A stretch of 64,000 nt of DNA from Verrucomicrobiota bacterium (GTDB lineage: Bacteria; Verrucomicrobiota; Verrucomicrobiia; Limisphaerales; JADLHS01), in contig JABFSR010000168.1 of the NCBI GenBank assembly GCA_013140495.1, positions 15,122-79,121 of the forward strand. Direction: 5' to 3'. The notes under the pieces were generated by a model. It worked only from the letters and a program-made list of their open reading frames with translations. It ran no database searches and was not told where the DNA came from. Both the position numbers and the translations under genes were made by a program. Below, in pieces: positions 35,585 through 44,719 of this stretch (position 1 is the first letter of the stretch; every line of letters starts with the position of its first letter).

Positions 35585-37725
35585 AATTCAAGAGATTGAA
35601 ATCAAAACCTATCGCGATTGGTTTCGCGCTGATGGCGATGTTTATTTTGGCGTGGATGTTTTCTGGGTGTTCGACAGAACGAGCACCAACTATGAGTGTG
35701 CCCGCATCAAAGTTTTCCGAAGGCGAATCTCGCAGACTCCTCAAGGATGGTGGAGTGCGAGGTGGCTCAGGTTTTCATTCATCGGCCGAGCGCGGTGCTA
35801 TTGCCAGATCCATCAGCGGTGCAACTTTGCACGAAGAAATCTGGGTTATCGCTCGTTCCCGCATTTCCACCGCGCCCCAATCCGACGACACACCAGGCTC
35901 GGGCGCGTTGATGACTAAGATCGCTGGCAAACCTGTGCCGATGCCTCTCAAGCACACGGACGTTCGCGCGTCTGTGAGCGGCTTCATCGGATCGGTTGAA
36001 GTCGTTCAGCAGTTCCACAACCCGTATTCGAGCAAGATCGAGGCAGTGTACGTGTTTCCATTGCCGCACAACGCCGCAATCAACGAGTTCCTCATGACGA
36101 TCGGCGGGCGCCGGATTCGCGGCATCATCCGGGAACGCAAGGAGGCGGAGGAAATCTATCAAGCGGCCAAGCAACAAGGCCACGTCGCATCGCTGCTGAC
36201 TGAGGAACGACCGAACATTTTCACACAGTCAGTCGCAAATATCGAACCGGGTCGCGAGATTGACGTGACGATCAAATACTTTCACACGCTTGATTACGTG
36301 GACGGCTGGTACGAGTTTGTTTTCCCCATGGTCGTCGGGCCAAGGTTCAATCCTCCGGGGACAACTGATGGCATCGGCGCTGCCGCGCGGGGTGGCGCGG
36401 GTTCGTCCGGACAAAAGACCGAAGTTCAATATCTCAAACCGGGCGAGCGCAGTGGACATGATATTTCGCTGCGCGTGGATGTGGACGCCGGCGTAACCAT
36501 TGAGGAGTTCAATTGCCGCACGCATGAAGTCACCGCGAACACCGCTCCCGATGGCCGCCTGAGCGTCGCGCTCAAACCGCATGACAACATTCCCAACCGC
36601 GACTTCGTGCTCCGTTATCGCGTAGCGGGTGAAGAAATCAAATCCAGCCTGCTGACGCGTCGCGACGAGCGCGGCGGATATTTTTCGCTGATGTTGTTTC
36701 CTCCTGCGGAGCTGACGAAGCTGGCGCGGCAGCCGCTCGAACTTGTGTTTGTTTTGGACTGCTCCGGCAGCATGAACGGCGTTCCCCTCGCACAGGCCAA
36801 GGCTGCGGTGGAGCGCGGATTAAAGCTCATGTCGCAGGCTGATTCGTTTCAGATCATCAATTTTTCTGAACACGCGTCACAGCTTGGTTCGCGACCGCTC
36901 GCCGCCACGCACGAAAATATCGAGCGCGGTTTGCGCTATCTGCGTTCTCTCAACAGCGAAGGTGGCACGATGATGATCGAAGGCATCAAGGCTGCGCTGG
37001 ATTTTCCGCACGACCCGGAGCGGCTTCGCTTCGTCTGCTTTCTCACCGACGGTTACATTGGAAACGAGGCTGAAATCCTGCGTGAGGTTCAAGCCCGACT
37101 CGGGGGCTCGCGAATCTTCAGTTTCGGTGTCGGTTCGTCAGTAAACCGGTTTTTACTCGATCACATGGCGAAGACTGGACGCGGTACGGTGGCCTACCTC
37201 GGCCCGCAGGACGACGGAGCAAAGGTGATGGAAGATTTCTTCAATCGCACGAGTCATCCAGCGATGACGGACATCCAGGTTGATTGGGGAGGCGTTGAGC
37301 CCCGCGAGATTTTTCCGCGAGCCACGCCGGACCTGTTCATAGGTCGCCCGGTGATTCTCACGGGAAGATTCCAAGGCGATGAAAACGCGACGATTCGAGT
37401 TCGCGGCAAGGTTGGAAGTGAACTGGTGGAATTTACTGTGCCCGCTGGTCGCGTTGGTGCGCGCAACTCGCAAAACGGTCTCCCGCAAGTTTGGGCGCGC
37501 ATGAAAATCGCCGACCTTGCGGACGAATCCATACGAACACCGGACGCCGCTCTGGAGGATAAGATCAAACGCGTAGCGCTCGATTACGGATTGATGTCGG
37601 CCTACACGGCGTTTGTGGCGGTGGATTCTTCGCGGCGGACCGAAGGCGCGGAGGGCACGACCGTGCCGGTTGCTGTTCCGGTGCCGGAAGGCGTGAAGTA
37701 TCGCACCACCGTGCCTGAAAAGTAA
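35581..37725 (+). CDS. VIT domain + von Willebrand factor A domain protein
   Basis: The ATG overlaps the upstream stop in an ATGA. VIT-like segment: VRASVSGFIGSVEVVQQFHNPYSSKIEAVYVFPLP...IRERKEAEEIYQAAKQQG. vWA MIDAS motif: LVFVLDCSGSMNG. Confidence 0.85.
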   Translation: MKFKRLKSKPIAIGFALMAMFILAWMFSGCSTERAPTMSVPASKFSEGESRRLLKDGGVRGGSGFHSSAERGAIARSISGATLHEEIWVIARSRISTAPQSDDTPGSGALMTKIAGKPVPMPLKHTDVRASVSGFIGSVEVVQQFHNPYSSKIEAVYVFPLPHNAAINEFLMTIGGRRIRGIIRERKEAEEIYQAAKQQGHVASLLTEERPNIFTQSVANIEPGREIDVTIKYFHTLDYVDGWYEFVFPMVVGPRFNPPGTTDGIGAAARGGAGSSGQKTEVQYLKPGERSGHDISLRVDVDAGVTIEEFNCRTHEVTANTAPDGRLSVALKPHDNIPNRDFVLRYRVAGEEIKSSLLTRRDERGGYFSLMLFPPAELTKLARQPLELVFVLDCSGSMNGVPLAQAKAAVERGLKLMSQADSFQIINFSEHASQLGSRPLAATHENIERGLRYLRSLNSEGGTMMIEGIKAALDFPHDPERLRFVCFLTDGYIGNEAEILREVQARLGGSRIFSFGVGSSVNRFLLDHMAKTGRGTVAYLGPQDDGAKVMEDFFNRTSHPAMTDIQVDWGGVEPREIFPRATPDLFIGRPVILTGRFQGDENATIRVRGKVGSELVEFTVPAGRVGARNSQNGLPQVWARMKIADLADESIRTPDAALEDKIKRVALDYGLMSAYTAFVAVDSSRRTEGAEGTTVPVAVPVPEGVKYRTTVPEK

Positions 37726-37802
37726 CCGGGCAATCGCCTCACTATTGCGAATTGAACATTGATGGTGTCACAACGCACAGACAACAAAGAGAACGGCAAA
37801 AT

Positions 37803-38594
37803 ATGAAAACAAAAACATTGATGGCACTCATCTCAGCGCTGGCGCTCCTGGCTGGTTGCTCCACCACACGCTCCATTTCCAATTCAAACTACCACGAAGG
37901 CGGCTCGTCGCGGAGTTTCGTCCCGCACCAGAACGGTTCTGATTCCGGATTCCAGTATCGAGGCGAACTGAGCGAGTTCGACGTGCTCGGAATCACCCGA
38001 AGCGACACGGCAACGGAAGCGGATATTCAACGCACTCTGGCAAGCGCAAAGCCTGTACGAATCAAACCTGGTGCGTCCATCCTGCTGGTTCAATCCGGCG
38101 CAATTTTTCCGGACGGTCCAATGGTGAACGAGTTGAGCAAACACTTTCGCGTTGTCCCGTTTACCGGCGTTCCACCGGTTTCGCGCCGAACAGATGATGG
38201 ACAGTTCGAGCGGTACGATGCAGGAGATTTCTCCAAGTCACTGCGCCTGGCTGCTGCGCGTGGCGGGTGTGAAACGATTCTGTGCTATTGGGGAATTCTT
38301 GAATCCCGAAACGCCGAGCTTGCCACCAAGACGGTTTCTTGGGTGCCGGTGGTGAACTGGTTGGTGCCCGACGAAAGCGAGCACATGCGCATCCGGCTCA
38401 AGCTGGCGTTGGTTGATGTGCGGACAGGCGATTGGTCGGTGCTGAGTCCAAGTGCGTTCGACGACAGTCGAATCAGCCGCTCGCCGCGACGGGGAGTTGC
38501 TGACCAGAAACTGGTGGAGAGTCTTAAGCGCAAGGCATACGAGGCAGGCGCAAAAGAATTGGTTGAGGAATATGCGGACATCGCAGCCAGGTGA
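37803..38594 (+). CDS. lipoprotein of unknown function
   Basis: ATG at 37803 gives MKTKTLMALISALALLAGC (lipobox). No family recognised. Confidence 0.7.
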   Translation: MKTKTLMALISALALLAGCSTTRSISNSNYHEGGSSRSFVPHQNGSDSGFQYRGELSEFDVLGITRSDTATEADIQRTLASAKPVRIKPGASILLVQSGAIFPDGPMVNELSKHFRVVPFTGVPPVSRRTDDGQFERYDAGDFSKSLRLAAARGGCETILCYWGILESRNAELATKTVSWVPVVNWLVPDESEHMRIRLKLALVDVRTGDWSVLSPSAFDDSRISRSPRRGVADQKLVESLKRKAYEAGAKELVEEYADIAAR

Positions 38595-38648
38595 GAATGT
38601 CTGCCACGTCAGATTGAAAATGTGGTGTGAACGGCATGAAATGCTGCG

Positions 38649-38725
38649 CCGGTTTTCCATTGCCACATCTACCTGCCGTTCATGGGCACGTTTTCAAAGC
38701 ACGACTACATCACCGGCAGCGAAGC
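38649..38725 (+). pseudogene. short remnant of a dihydropyrimidinase-like gene
   Basis: The frame starting at cac 38664 reads HIYLPFMGTFSKHDYITGSEA. The intact gene 2.3 kb downstream reads HIYLPFMGTISKDDYITGSRA (41024-41086), so 18 of 21 positions are identical. The first 26 nt and a later 15 nt are identical. An in-frame stop lies at 38637-38639 and the reading frame ends shortly after 38740. Confidence 0.6.
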
Positions 38726-38760
38726 AAGACCCGGATTGCGCTGATTCGGCACAATGATTT

Positions 38761-38859
38761 GTCCGCAGATTTCACTACTGTCCGCAGATGAGCAACCAAT
38801 TTGCGAAAATGTTTGCCATCTGTGGATTTGCTCCGTGTCCATCGGTATGCACCTGTGGC
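38761..38859. repeat. short structured repeat cluster (TCCGCAGAT / CCGTGTCCATC words)
   Basis: tccgcagat occurs at 38762-38770 and 38781-38789. atctgtgga and ccgtgtccatc occur at 38818-38852. Related words recur in the other flank of the LRR gene (40726-40787). Confidence 0.5.
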
Positions 38860-38959
38860 CGACAATAAGTTTCCGCACCCGACATAACCATTGACAGAAT
38901 GGAGTGTCGGACAATAATGCCAAAACTCGGAGCAGTCGTTGTGGAACTGCGCCAAGCTC

Positions 38960-40708
38960 ATGAAGCTAAAACTCCCAGTCCTCACACTGGTCTGCCTGTT
39001 GCCTCTCTTGCTGCCGGCGCAAAACGCGCTGACGTTCAGCACAAACAACATCGCGATCACCATCACGGGCTATGTCGGCGCATCAAGTGGTGTTACGAAT
39101 GTCGTCATTCCCACTACCATCAACGGTTATCCAGTGTTGAGCATCGGCACTTATGCGTTCTATTCCTGTACCAGCCTGACAAACGTCACCATTGGCCATG
39201 GCATGACAAACATAGGCTATGGGGCATTCTGGGATTGCGACAGCATGACAAATGCGGACATCGGCACGAATGTTTTAAACATCGATGACTACGCGTTCCA
39301 TAGTTGCAACAGCCTGCCGAGTGTGACCATTCCCAACAGCGTAACGAACATCGGCGACGGAGCCTTCTCTGAGTCCTACAGTCTGGCGGGCGTTATGATT
39401 CCTGACAGCGTGTCCAGCATCGGCTACGGAGCGTTCCGTTATTGCCACAGCCTGACGAGTGTGACGGTTTCGGACCACGTAACGAACATCGGCATGGATG
39501 CGTTCGCCGCTTGCGACGGCATGACCAACATCACCGTGCTGGAGGGAAATCCTGCTTACAGCAGCACGAACGGTGTGTTGTTTAACAAGTTCCAAACCAC
39601 GTTGATTCAATTTCCGGGAGGATTGGGCGGCAGCTATACCATTCCCGACGGCGTGACGAGTATCAGCGATCGTGCGTTCCAGAATTGCAACAACCTGACG
39701 AACGTGACGATGGCCAACAGCATCGCGCTACTCGGCGACTATGTGTTCTACAATTGTATCGGCCTGACCAGCGTCACCATTGGCAATGGGGTGAAGAATA
39801 TCAGCGAGGGCACGTTCTCTTATTGCACAAACCTGGCGAGTGTGACGATTCCGGATAATGTGACGAGCATTGAGAACGTGGCGTTTGCCTATTGCACCAG
39901 CCTGAGGAGCGCGACGATTGGTAATGGCGTGACGAACATCGGCGCTGGGGCGTTCCAAATTTGCACCAGCCTGACAAACATAGCCGTGGCCGCGGGGAAT
40001 CCTGCCTACAGCAGCGGGAACGGCGTGTTGTTTAACAAGCCCCAAACCACACTGATTCAATTCCCGGGAGGAGGCAGCGGCAGTTACACCATGCCCAGCA
40101 GCGTGACGAACATTGGCAACAATGCGTTCGCATATTGCGCCGGGCTGACGAGCGTAACAATTCCTGCCGGCGTGAGGAGCATCGGCGACGGTGCGTTCAT
40201 CCATTGCCGCGGCCTGACGAGCGTGGCAATTCCCAACAGTGTGAAGAGTATCAGCTCCGTTGCGTTCGGGGCTTGCATCGGTCTGAAAACCGTCACCATT
40301 GGCAATGGCGTGACGAACATCAACAGCAGTGCTTTTGGGGGATGCACCACGCTCACAAACCTCACTTTTTTTGGGAATGCGCCAACCTTGGGCAGCAGCG
40401 TATTCACCAGCGTTCCTGGGAAGGTCTATTATTACTACGGCACATCGGGCTGGGGCGCGACTTACGGCGGTTTGCCAACGGTAATGCTGTACTGGCCGCC
40501 GCAAATCGCTGGCAATAATGTCGGCGTTCAATCAGGCAATTTCAGGTTCACCATCACCGGCGTCTCCAATCAAACCATCGTCGTCGAGGCGAGCACCAAT
40601 CTGGTGAACTGGCAGCCGATTAGGACCAACACATTGACCAGCACGTCCACGAACTTCACCGATCCGCAATGGGGGAATTATCCCGCGCGCTTCTATCGCG
40701 CGCGATAA
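38960..40708 (+). CDS. BspA-type leucine-rich repeat surface protein with a C-terminal ...RFYRA module
   Basis: ATG at 38960 gives the signal peptide MKLKLPVLTLVCLLPLLLPAQNA. There are about 17 repeats of the type IPNSVTNIGDGAFSESYSLAGV. The C-terminus is FTITGVSNQTIVVEASTNLVNWQPI...ARFYRAR. Confidence 0.85.
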   Translation: MKLKLPVLTLVCLLPLLLPAQNALTFSTNNIAITITGYVGASSGVTNVVIPTTINGYPVLSIGTYAFYSCTSLTNVTIGHGMTNIGYGAFWDCDSMTNADIGTNVLNIDDYAFHSCNSLPSVTIPNSVTNIGDGAFSESYSLAGVMIPDSVSSIGYGAFRYCHSLTSVTVSDHVTNIGMDAFAACDGMTNITVLEGNPAYSSTNGVLFNKFQTTLIQFPGGLGGSYTIPDGVTSISDRAFQNCNNLTNVTMANSIALLGDYVFYNCIGLTSVTIGNGVKNISEGTFSYCTNLASVTIPDNVTSIENVAFAYCTSLRSATIGNGVTNIGAGAFQICTSLTNIAVAAGNPAYSSGNGVLFNKPQTTLIQFPGGGSGSYTMPSSVTNIGNNAFAYCAGLTSVTIPAGVRSIGDGAFIHCRGLTSVAIPNSVKSISSVAFGACIGLKTVTIGNGVTNINSSAFGGCTTLTNLTFFGNAPTLGSSVFTSVPGKVYYYYGTSGWGATYGGLPTVMLYWPPQIAGNNVGVQSGNFRFTITGVSNQTIVVEASTNLVNWQPIRTNTLTSTSTNFTDPQWGNYPARFYRAR

Positions 40709-40725
40709 AGTTTAGCCTCAGGTTT

Positions 40726-40787
40726 CACAGATGAACGCAGATTTAAAACAGATCTGCATTATCTGCGGATTCCGTGTTCATCCGTGG
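40726..40787. repeat. short structured repeat / hairpin downstream of the LRR gene
   Basis: cacagatgaacgcagat ... atctgcggattccgtgttcatccgtgg form imperfect inverted repeats. The region contains atctgcgga (reverse complement of tccgcagat) and ccgtgttcatcc (compare ccgtgtccatc at 38842). Confidence 0.55.
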
Positions 40788-40843
40788 TTACTGCCCCCGG
40801 TAATTTGATTGTCATTTTCGGACTGACGCGCTACCACAACGAC

Positions 40844-42226
40844 ATGGCTTTGCTCATCAAGAACGGCGAAATCGTCACGGCCAGCGAACGCTACATGGCC
40901 GACATCCTCTGTGAAAACGAAACCATCACCCGCATTGACCGTGGCATCACCCCGCCCAAAGGCGCGGAGGTCGTGGATGCGAAAGGCAAGTTCGTCTTCC
41001 CCGGCTTCATTGATCCGCACGTCCACATCTACCTGCCGTTCATGGGCACCATCTCCAAGGATGATTACATCACCGGCAGCCGCGCTGCGCTGGTTGGCGG
41101 CACGACCACGCTTATCGAGATGTGCTGCCCCGCCCGCAAAGACGATGCTCTCAAGAGCTTTGAACTTTGGATGAAGCAGGCCGTCGGCAAGTCCGCGTGC
41201 GATTTCACGTTCCACATGGGCGTGACGAAGTTTGACGATAAGTCCGAGAAGCAACTCCGCGAAATCGTGAAGCACGGCATCAGTTCATTCAAAATTTTCC
41301 TGGCCTACAAAGGCGCGTTCGGCGTGGACGACACGGAGCTTTACCGCACGCTCAAACTGGCCAAGGAACTCGGCGTCATCGTCACGGCGCATTGCGAGAA
41401 CGAAACCCTCGTCAGCGAGCGTTGCAAGGAACTCCTTGCCGCAGGAAAGACCGGCCCGGAATTTCATGAGCCCAGTCGCCCGCCCGCTGTCGAAGCCGAA
41501 GGCGTGCATCATTTGATGACCTTCGCCGAACTCACTGGTGCGGCGACATACATCGTCCACTTGAGTTGCAAGGAAGCGCTTGATCAAGCCATCGCCGCGC
41601 GCCAACGCGGCGTGCGCGTTGCGGTCGAAACGCTCATCCAATACCTCACGCTCGATAAAACCTACGCGGAGAAGCTGAAGTTCGAGGGTGCGAAATTTGT
41701 CATGTCACCGCCGCTGCGCGACAAGCGGAATCAGGAAATTCTCTGGAATGGCCTGCGCGACGGCCTCGTGCAAACCGTCGCCACCGACCACGCGCCGTTC
41801 GATTTCCGGAAGCAGAAAGAGATGGGCAAAAACGATTTCACCAAGATTCCCAATGGCATCCCGTCGCTCGAAGAACGCATCAACCTGCTCTACACCTACG
41901 GCGTGAAGACGGGGAAGATTGACCTGCACACTTTCGTAAACGTCGCCAGCACGCAGGTCGCGAAGACGTTCGACCTCTTCCCGCGCAAAGGCACGATCCA
42001 GCCCGGCGCGGACGCCGACCTCGTGGTCTTTGACCCGAACTATCGCGGCAAAATCTCCGTGAAGACACAGAGCATGAATCTGGATTACAGCGCGTTTGAA
42101 GGCTGGAAACTGGAAGGCCGCCCGAGCGTCGTCACCGTGCGCGGGCAGGTCGCCGTGCGCGACGGCAAATTCGTCGGCAAGCACGGCCACGGGAAATTCC
42201 TCCAGCGCCAACCGAGTCATTTTTGA
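40844..42226 (+). CDS. dihydropyrimidinase / D-hydantoinase
   Basis: ATG at 40844 (MALLIKNGEIV...). Metal ligands PGFIDPHVHIY. Carbamylated-lysine context SSFKIFLAYKG. Also ATDHAPF. Overall typical cyclic amidohydrolase. Confidence 0.9.
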   Translation: MALLIKNGEIVTASERYMADILCENETITRIDRGITPPKGAEVVDAKGKFVFPGFIDPHVHIYLPFMGTISKDDYITGSRAALVGGTTTLIEMCCPARKDDALKSFELWMKQAVGKSACDFTFHMGVTKFDDKSEKQLREIVKHGISSFKIFLAYKGAFGVDDTELYRTLKLAKELGVIVTAHCENETLVSERCKELLAAGKTGPEFHEPSRPPAVEAEGVHHLMTFAELTGAATYIVHLSCKEALDQAIAARQRGVRVAVETLIQYLTLDKTYAEKLKFEGAKFVMSPPLRDKRNQEILWNGLRDGLVQTVATDHAPFDFRKQKEMGKNDFTKIPNGIPSLEERINLLYTYGVKTGKIDLHTFVNVASTQVAKTFDLFPRKGTIQPGADADLVVFDPNYRGKISVKTQSMNLDYSAFEGWKLEGRPSVVTVRGQVAVRDGKFVGKHGHGKFLQRQPSHF

Positions 42227-42287
42227 CACACCTGCCTTGCGAATTGGCTTTTCATCGGCGGCAGTTCTCCGCAAGCTCACCAAAGAC

Positions 42288-42923
42288 ATGCCGGAAAACG
42301 AAGAACCAAATCCGAATCCAGCCCCAGCCCCCGGAGACAAAGGGGGCGAGCACCCGCGCGGGCGTCGTCGTGGTCGCCGCGGAGGTCGTGGACGTCGTCG
42401 CCCACCCGGAGCTGCGCCCGTGGGCACAGCAGATGCCGTTGACAAGTCCGAGGATGACGCGCCTGATACGAGCCAGGAAACCATTGTCGAAGCCAAGGCG
42501 GACGCGGGCGTGGAGACTGTTGCTGTCACAGCCGTTCAGCCTCAGAAAACTTCGGAGGCCACCGAGCCTGCACCAGCACAGTCCCCCGGGCCGAGGAAAT
42601 TCGAACCTCGTCGTGAGCCAATGCACCGTGAACCGGCGCGTCGTGAATTACCGCGCCGCGAACCTCTGCGTCGTGAGCCGCTGCCCCCGCCGTTTCAACC
42701 TGCGCCTGTGGCGGCGATTCACCAGGCGATTGATGACGTGATGCAGATTGCCGCGGCTCTGAAGCAAGCGCAGGACAAGATGGAGGAAGTTCTGGAGCTG
42801 GTTGAGCTGGCGGAACGGCAGAAACTGGCCGATGAACGCGAGATTGACCAGCTACGCCGTGCAATGCGTCAGATCCACAACCGACCCCGTGATCGTCGCG
42901 ATGAAGATGAAGAGAAGCACTGA
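42288..42923 (+). CDS. low-complexity Arg/Pro/Glu-rich protein with a C-terminal coiled coil
   Basis: ATG at 42288. RGG-like block RGRRRGRRGGRGRRR, tandem RREP-type repeats (EPRREPMHREPARRELPRREPLRREPL), then a helical segment IDDVMQIAAALKQAQDKMEEVLELVELAERQKLADEREIDQLRR. Confidence 0.55.
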   Translation: MPENEEPNPNPAPAPGDKGGEHPRGRRRGRRGGRGRRRPPGAAPVGTADAVDKSEDDAPDTSQETIVEAKADAGVETVAVTAVQPQKTSEATEPAPAQSPGPRKFEPRREPMHREPARRELPRREPLRREPLPPPFQPAPVAAIHQAIDDVMQIAAALKQAQDKMEEVLELVELAERQKLADEREIDQLRRAMRQIHNRPRDRRDEDEEKH

Positions 42924-43021
42924 CGAGACGATCGGCATGTTGGAGAAATCGTCGATTTGTCCGGGCGCGTGATTTTTCTCCCGACGGAACTTCACCCCGC
43001 TCCCGCCTGACAGTAAAATGA

Positions 43022-43189
43022 TCAGCGTGGAATTTGATATTGCCGCTGGTTTTGAATTCGTTGTGCTTCGCGGCGCACCCACACCACAGCCAGTGTGATT
43101 CCAAGCAGCACCATCGCCGCTACAATCCATGGCCAGATGAATCGCTTTTTTGTGACGGAATTCTGTGATTGGCTTTCTACCATGTGCAT
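43022..43189 (-). CDS. possible small single-pass membrane protein
   Basis: Internal ATG of ORF 43022..43321: MHMVESQSQNSVTKKRFIWPWIVAAMVLLGITLAVVWVRREAQ.... The only support is the TM-like segment and the absence of a competing gene. Confidence 0.3.
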   Translation of the reverse strand: MHMVESQSQNSVTKKRFIWPWIVAAMVLLGITLAVVWVRREAQRIQNQRQYQIPR

Positions 43190-43321
43190 TGATGTTTCCG
43201 TATCCCCGCTGAAAGCACAACTGAGATTTGAGCAGGCTTCAGACACAGCAGGTGCGGTGTAACGGCACCCATTGCCGAGGCTCGACGTTTGTCTGATTCG
43301 GTTTAATCTGCGGCGACACAA

Positions 43322-44605
43322 ATGAGCCAGCCAGCATCAAGTGATTTGCCCGTGCAGAACGGTGACGCCTACGCCGTGCTGCGGAACCGCGACTTCTCTT
43401 GTTATCTATTTGGCCGGTTCATTGCCGCTTTAGGCCAGCAGATGCTCACAATGACATTGGGTTGGGAGCTTTACGAGCGCACGCACTCGGCGCTTGCACT
43501 GGGCCTCGTCGGATTGACTCAAGTGATACCAATGTTCCTGTTCACGCTTCCCGCCGGACACATCGCGGATAATCGCAACCGCAAACATATCCTGGTGACG
43601 TTGAACGCGGGTCTCGGAATTGTCTGCGCTGGGTTTGCTGTCATCTCTGCTGTTCGCGCCCCGGTCGTTTGGATTTATGTTTGTCTCGCCGTCGTCGGAA
43701 CAATCCGGACATTTCTCTGGGCCGCCAGCGCATCGTTCCTTCCTCAACTTGTTGAACGCAAACAATTCGCCCAAGCCGTGAACTGGAACAGCAGCACGTT
43801 TCAACTCTCGTGCATTCTTGGCCCGTTGGCGGCGGGTGGGTTGATAGAACTAACACAAAAGCCGGCGTTGGTCTATGTCGTGACTGCCACGACCATGATT
43901 GTATGCAGCGCGCTGGTCAGTTTGGTGCGGCAACGTCAGGTCGTTACAGCGCGCGAGGAAATGACGCTGAAAAGTCTGTTGACCGGATTCAAATTCGTCT
44001 TTGCAAGCCGGATCATTGTCGGCATCATTACGCTGGACCTTTTCGCTGTGCTGCTTGGAGGTGCGATAGCGTTGTTGCCGATATACGCAAAAGACATTCT
44101 ACACGTCGGGCCGACGGGGCTGGGTTTTCTGCAAACTGCCATGCCCGTCGGCGCCATTGTTTGCTCCTTCATTCTCGCGCATCGTCCACCGTTGCAGAAG
44201 GCTGGGCACGCTTTGCTATGGGCCGTGGTTGGTTTCGGCCTTGCTACCATCGGCTTTGGACTGTCCACATGGTTCTGGTTGTCGTTCGCGATGCTCTTGG
44301 TTTGTGGCGCAACCGACAATGTCAGCGTTGTAGTACGGCACACTCTTGTGCAGTTGTTGACTCCAGATGAAAAACGCGGACGTGTTTCCGCCGTCAACAA
44401 TCTGTTCATCGGCACCTCGAATGAACTGGGCGGCTTTGAATCCGGAACGGTGGCGCATTGGTTCGGTCCAGCAGTCGGAAACGCGATCGCCACCGGCGCA
44501 ATGATTTCTGTGGTGTCAGGTGGCGTGGGAACGATCTTCGCAGTTCTGTGTGTTGCGTGGATATGGCCGGAGATTCGAAAGTACGGCAGGCTGGACGCGC
44601 ACTAA
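43322..44605 (+). CDS. MFS transporter
   Basis: 427 aa with about 12 hydrophobic segments. The N-terminal pattern NRDFSCYLFGRFIAALGQQM is typical of the EntS/MFS_3-like subfamily. Confidence 0.85.
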   Translation: MSQPASSDLPVQNGDAYAVLRNRDFSCYLFGRFIAALGQQMLTMTLGWELYERTHSALALGLVGLTQVIPMFLFTLPAGHIADNRNRKHILVTLNAGLGIVCAGFAVISAVRAPVVWIYVCLAVVGTIRTFLWAASASFLPQLVERKQFAQAVNWNSSTFQLSCILGPLAAGGLIELTQKPALVYVVTATTMIVCSALVSLVRQRQVVTAREEMTLKSLLTGFKFVFASRIIVGIITLDLFAVLLGGAIALLPIYAKDILHVGPTGLGFLQTAMPVGAIVCSFILAHRPPLQKAGHALLWAVVGFGLATIGFGLSTWFWLSFAMLLVCGATDNVSVVVRHTLVQLLTPDEKRGRVSAVNNLFIGTSNELGGFESGTVAHWFGPAVGNAIATGAMISVVSGGVGTIFAVLCVAWIWPEIRKYGRLDAH

Positions 44606-44719
44606 TAGGAAAACTTCAAGTTCAGGTGGAATGCCCCGCGATGGTGGGCAAGGACGTTCGGGGTCAAATTGGATTGCGGTCTTTACCCGCCAACGACTCC
44701 CACCGTAGAATCCGCGCCT

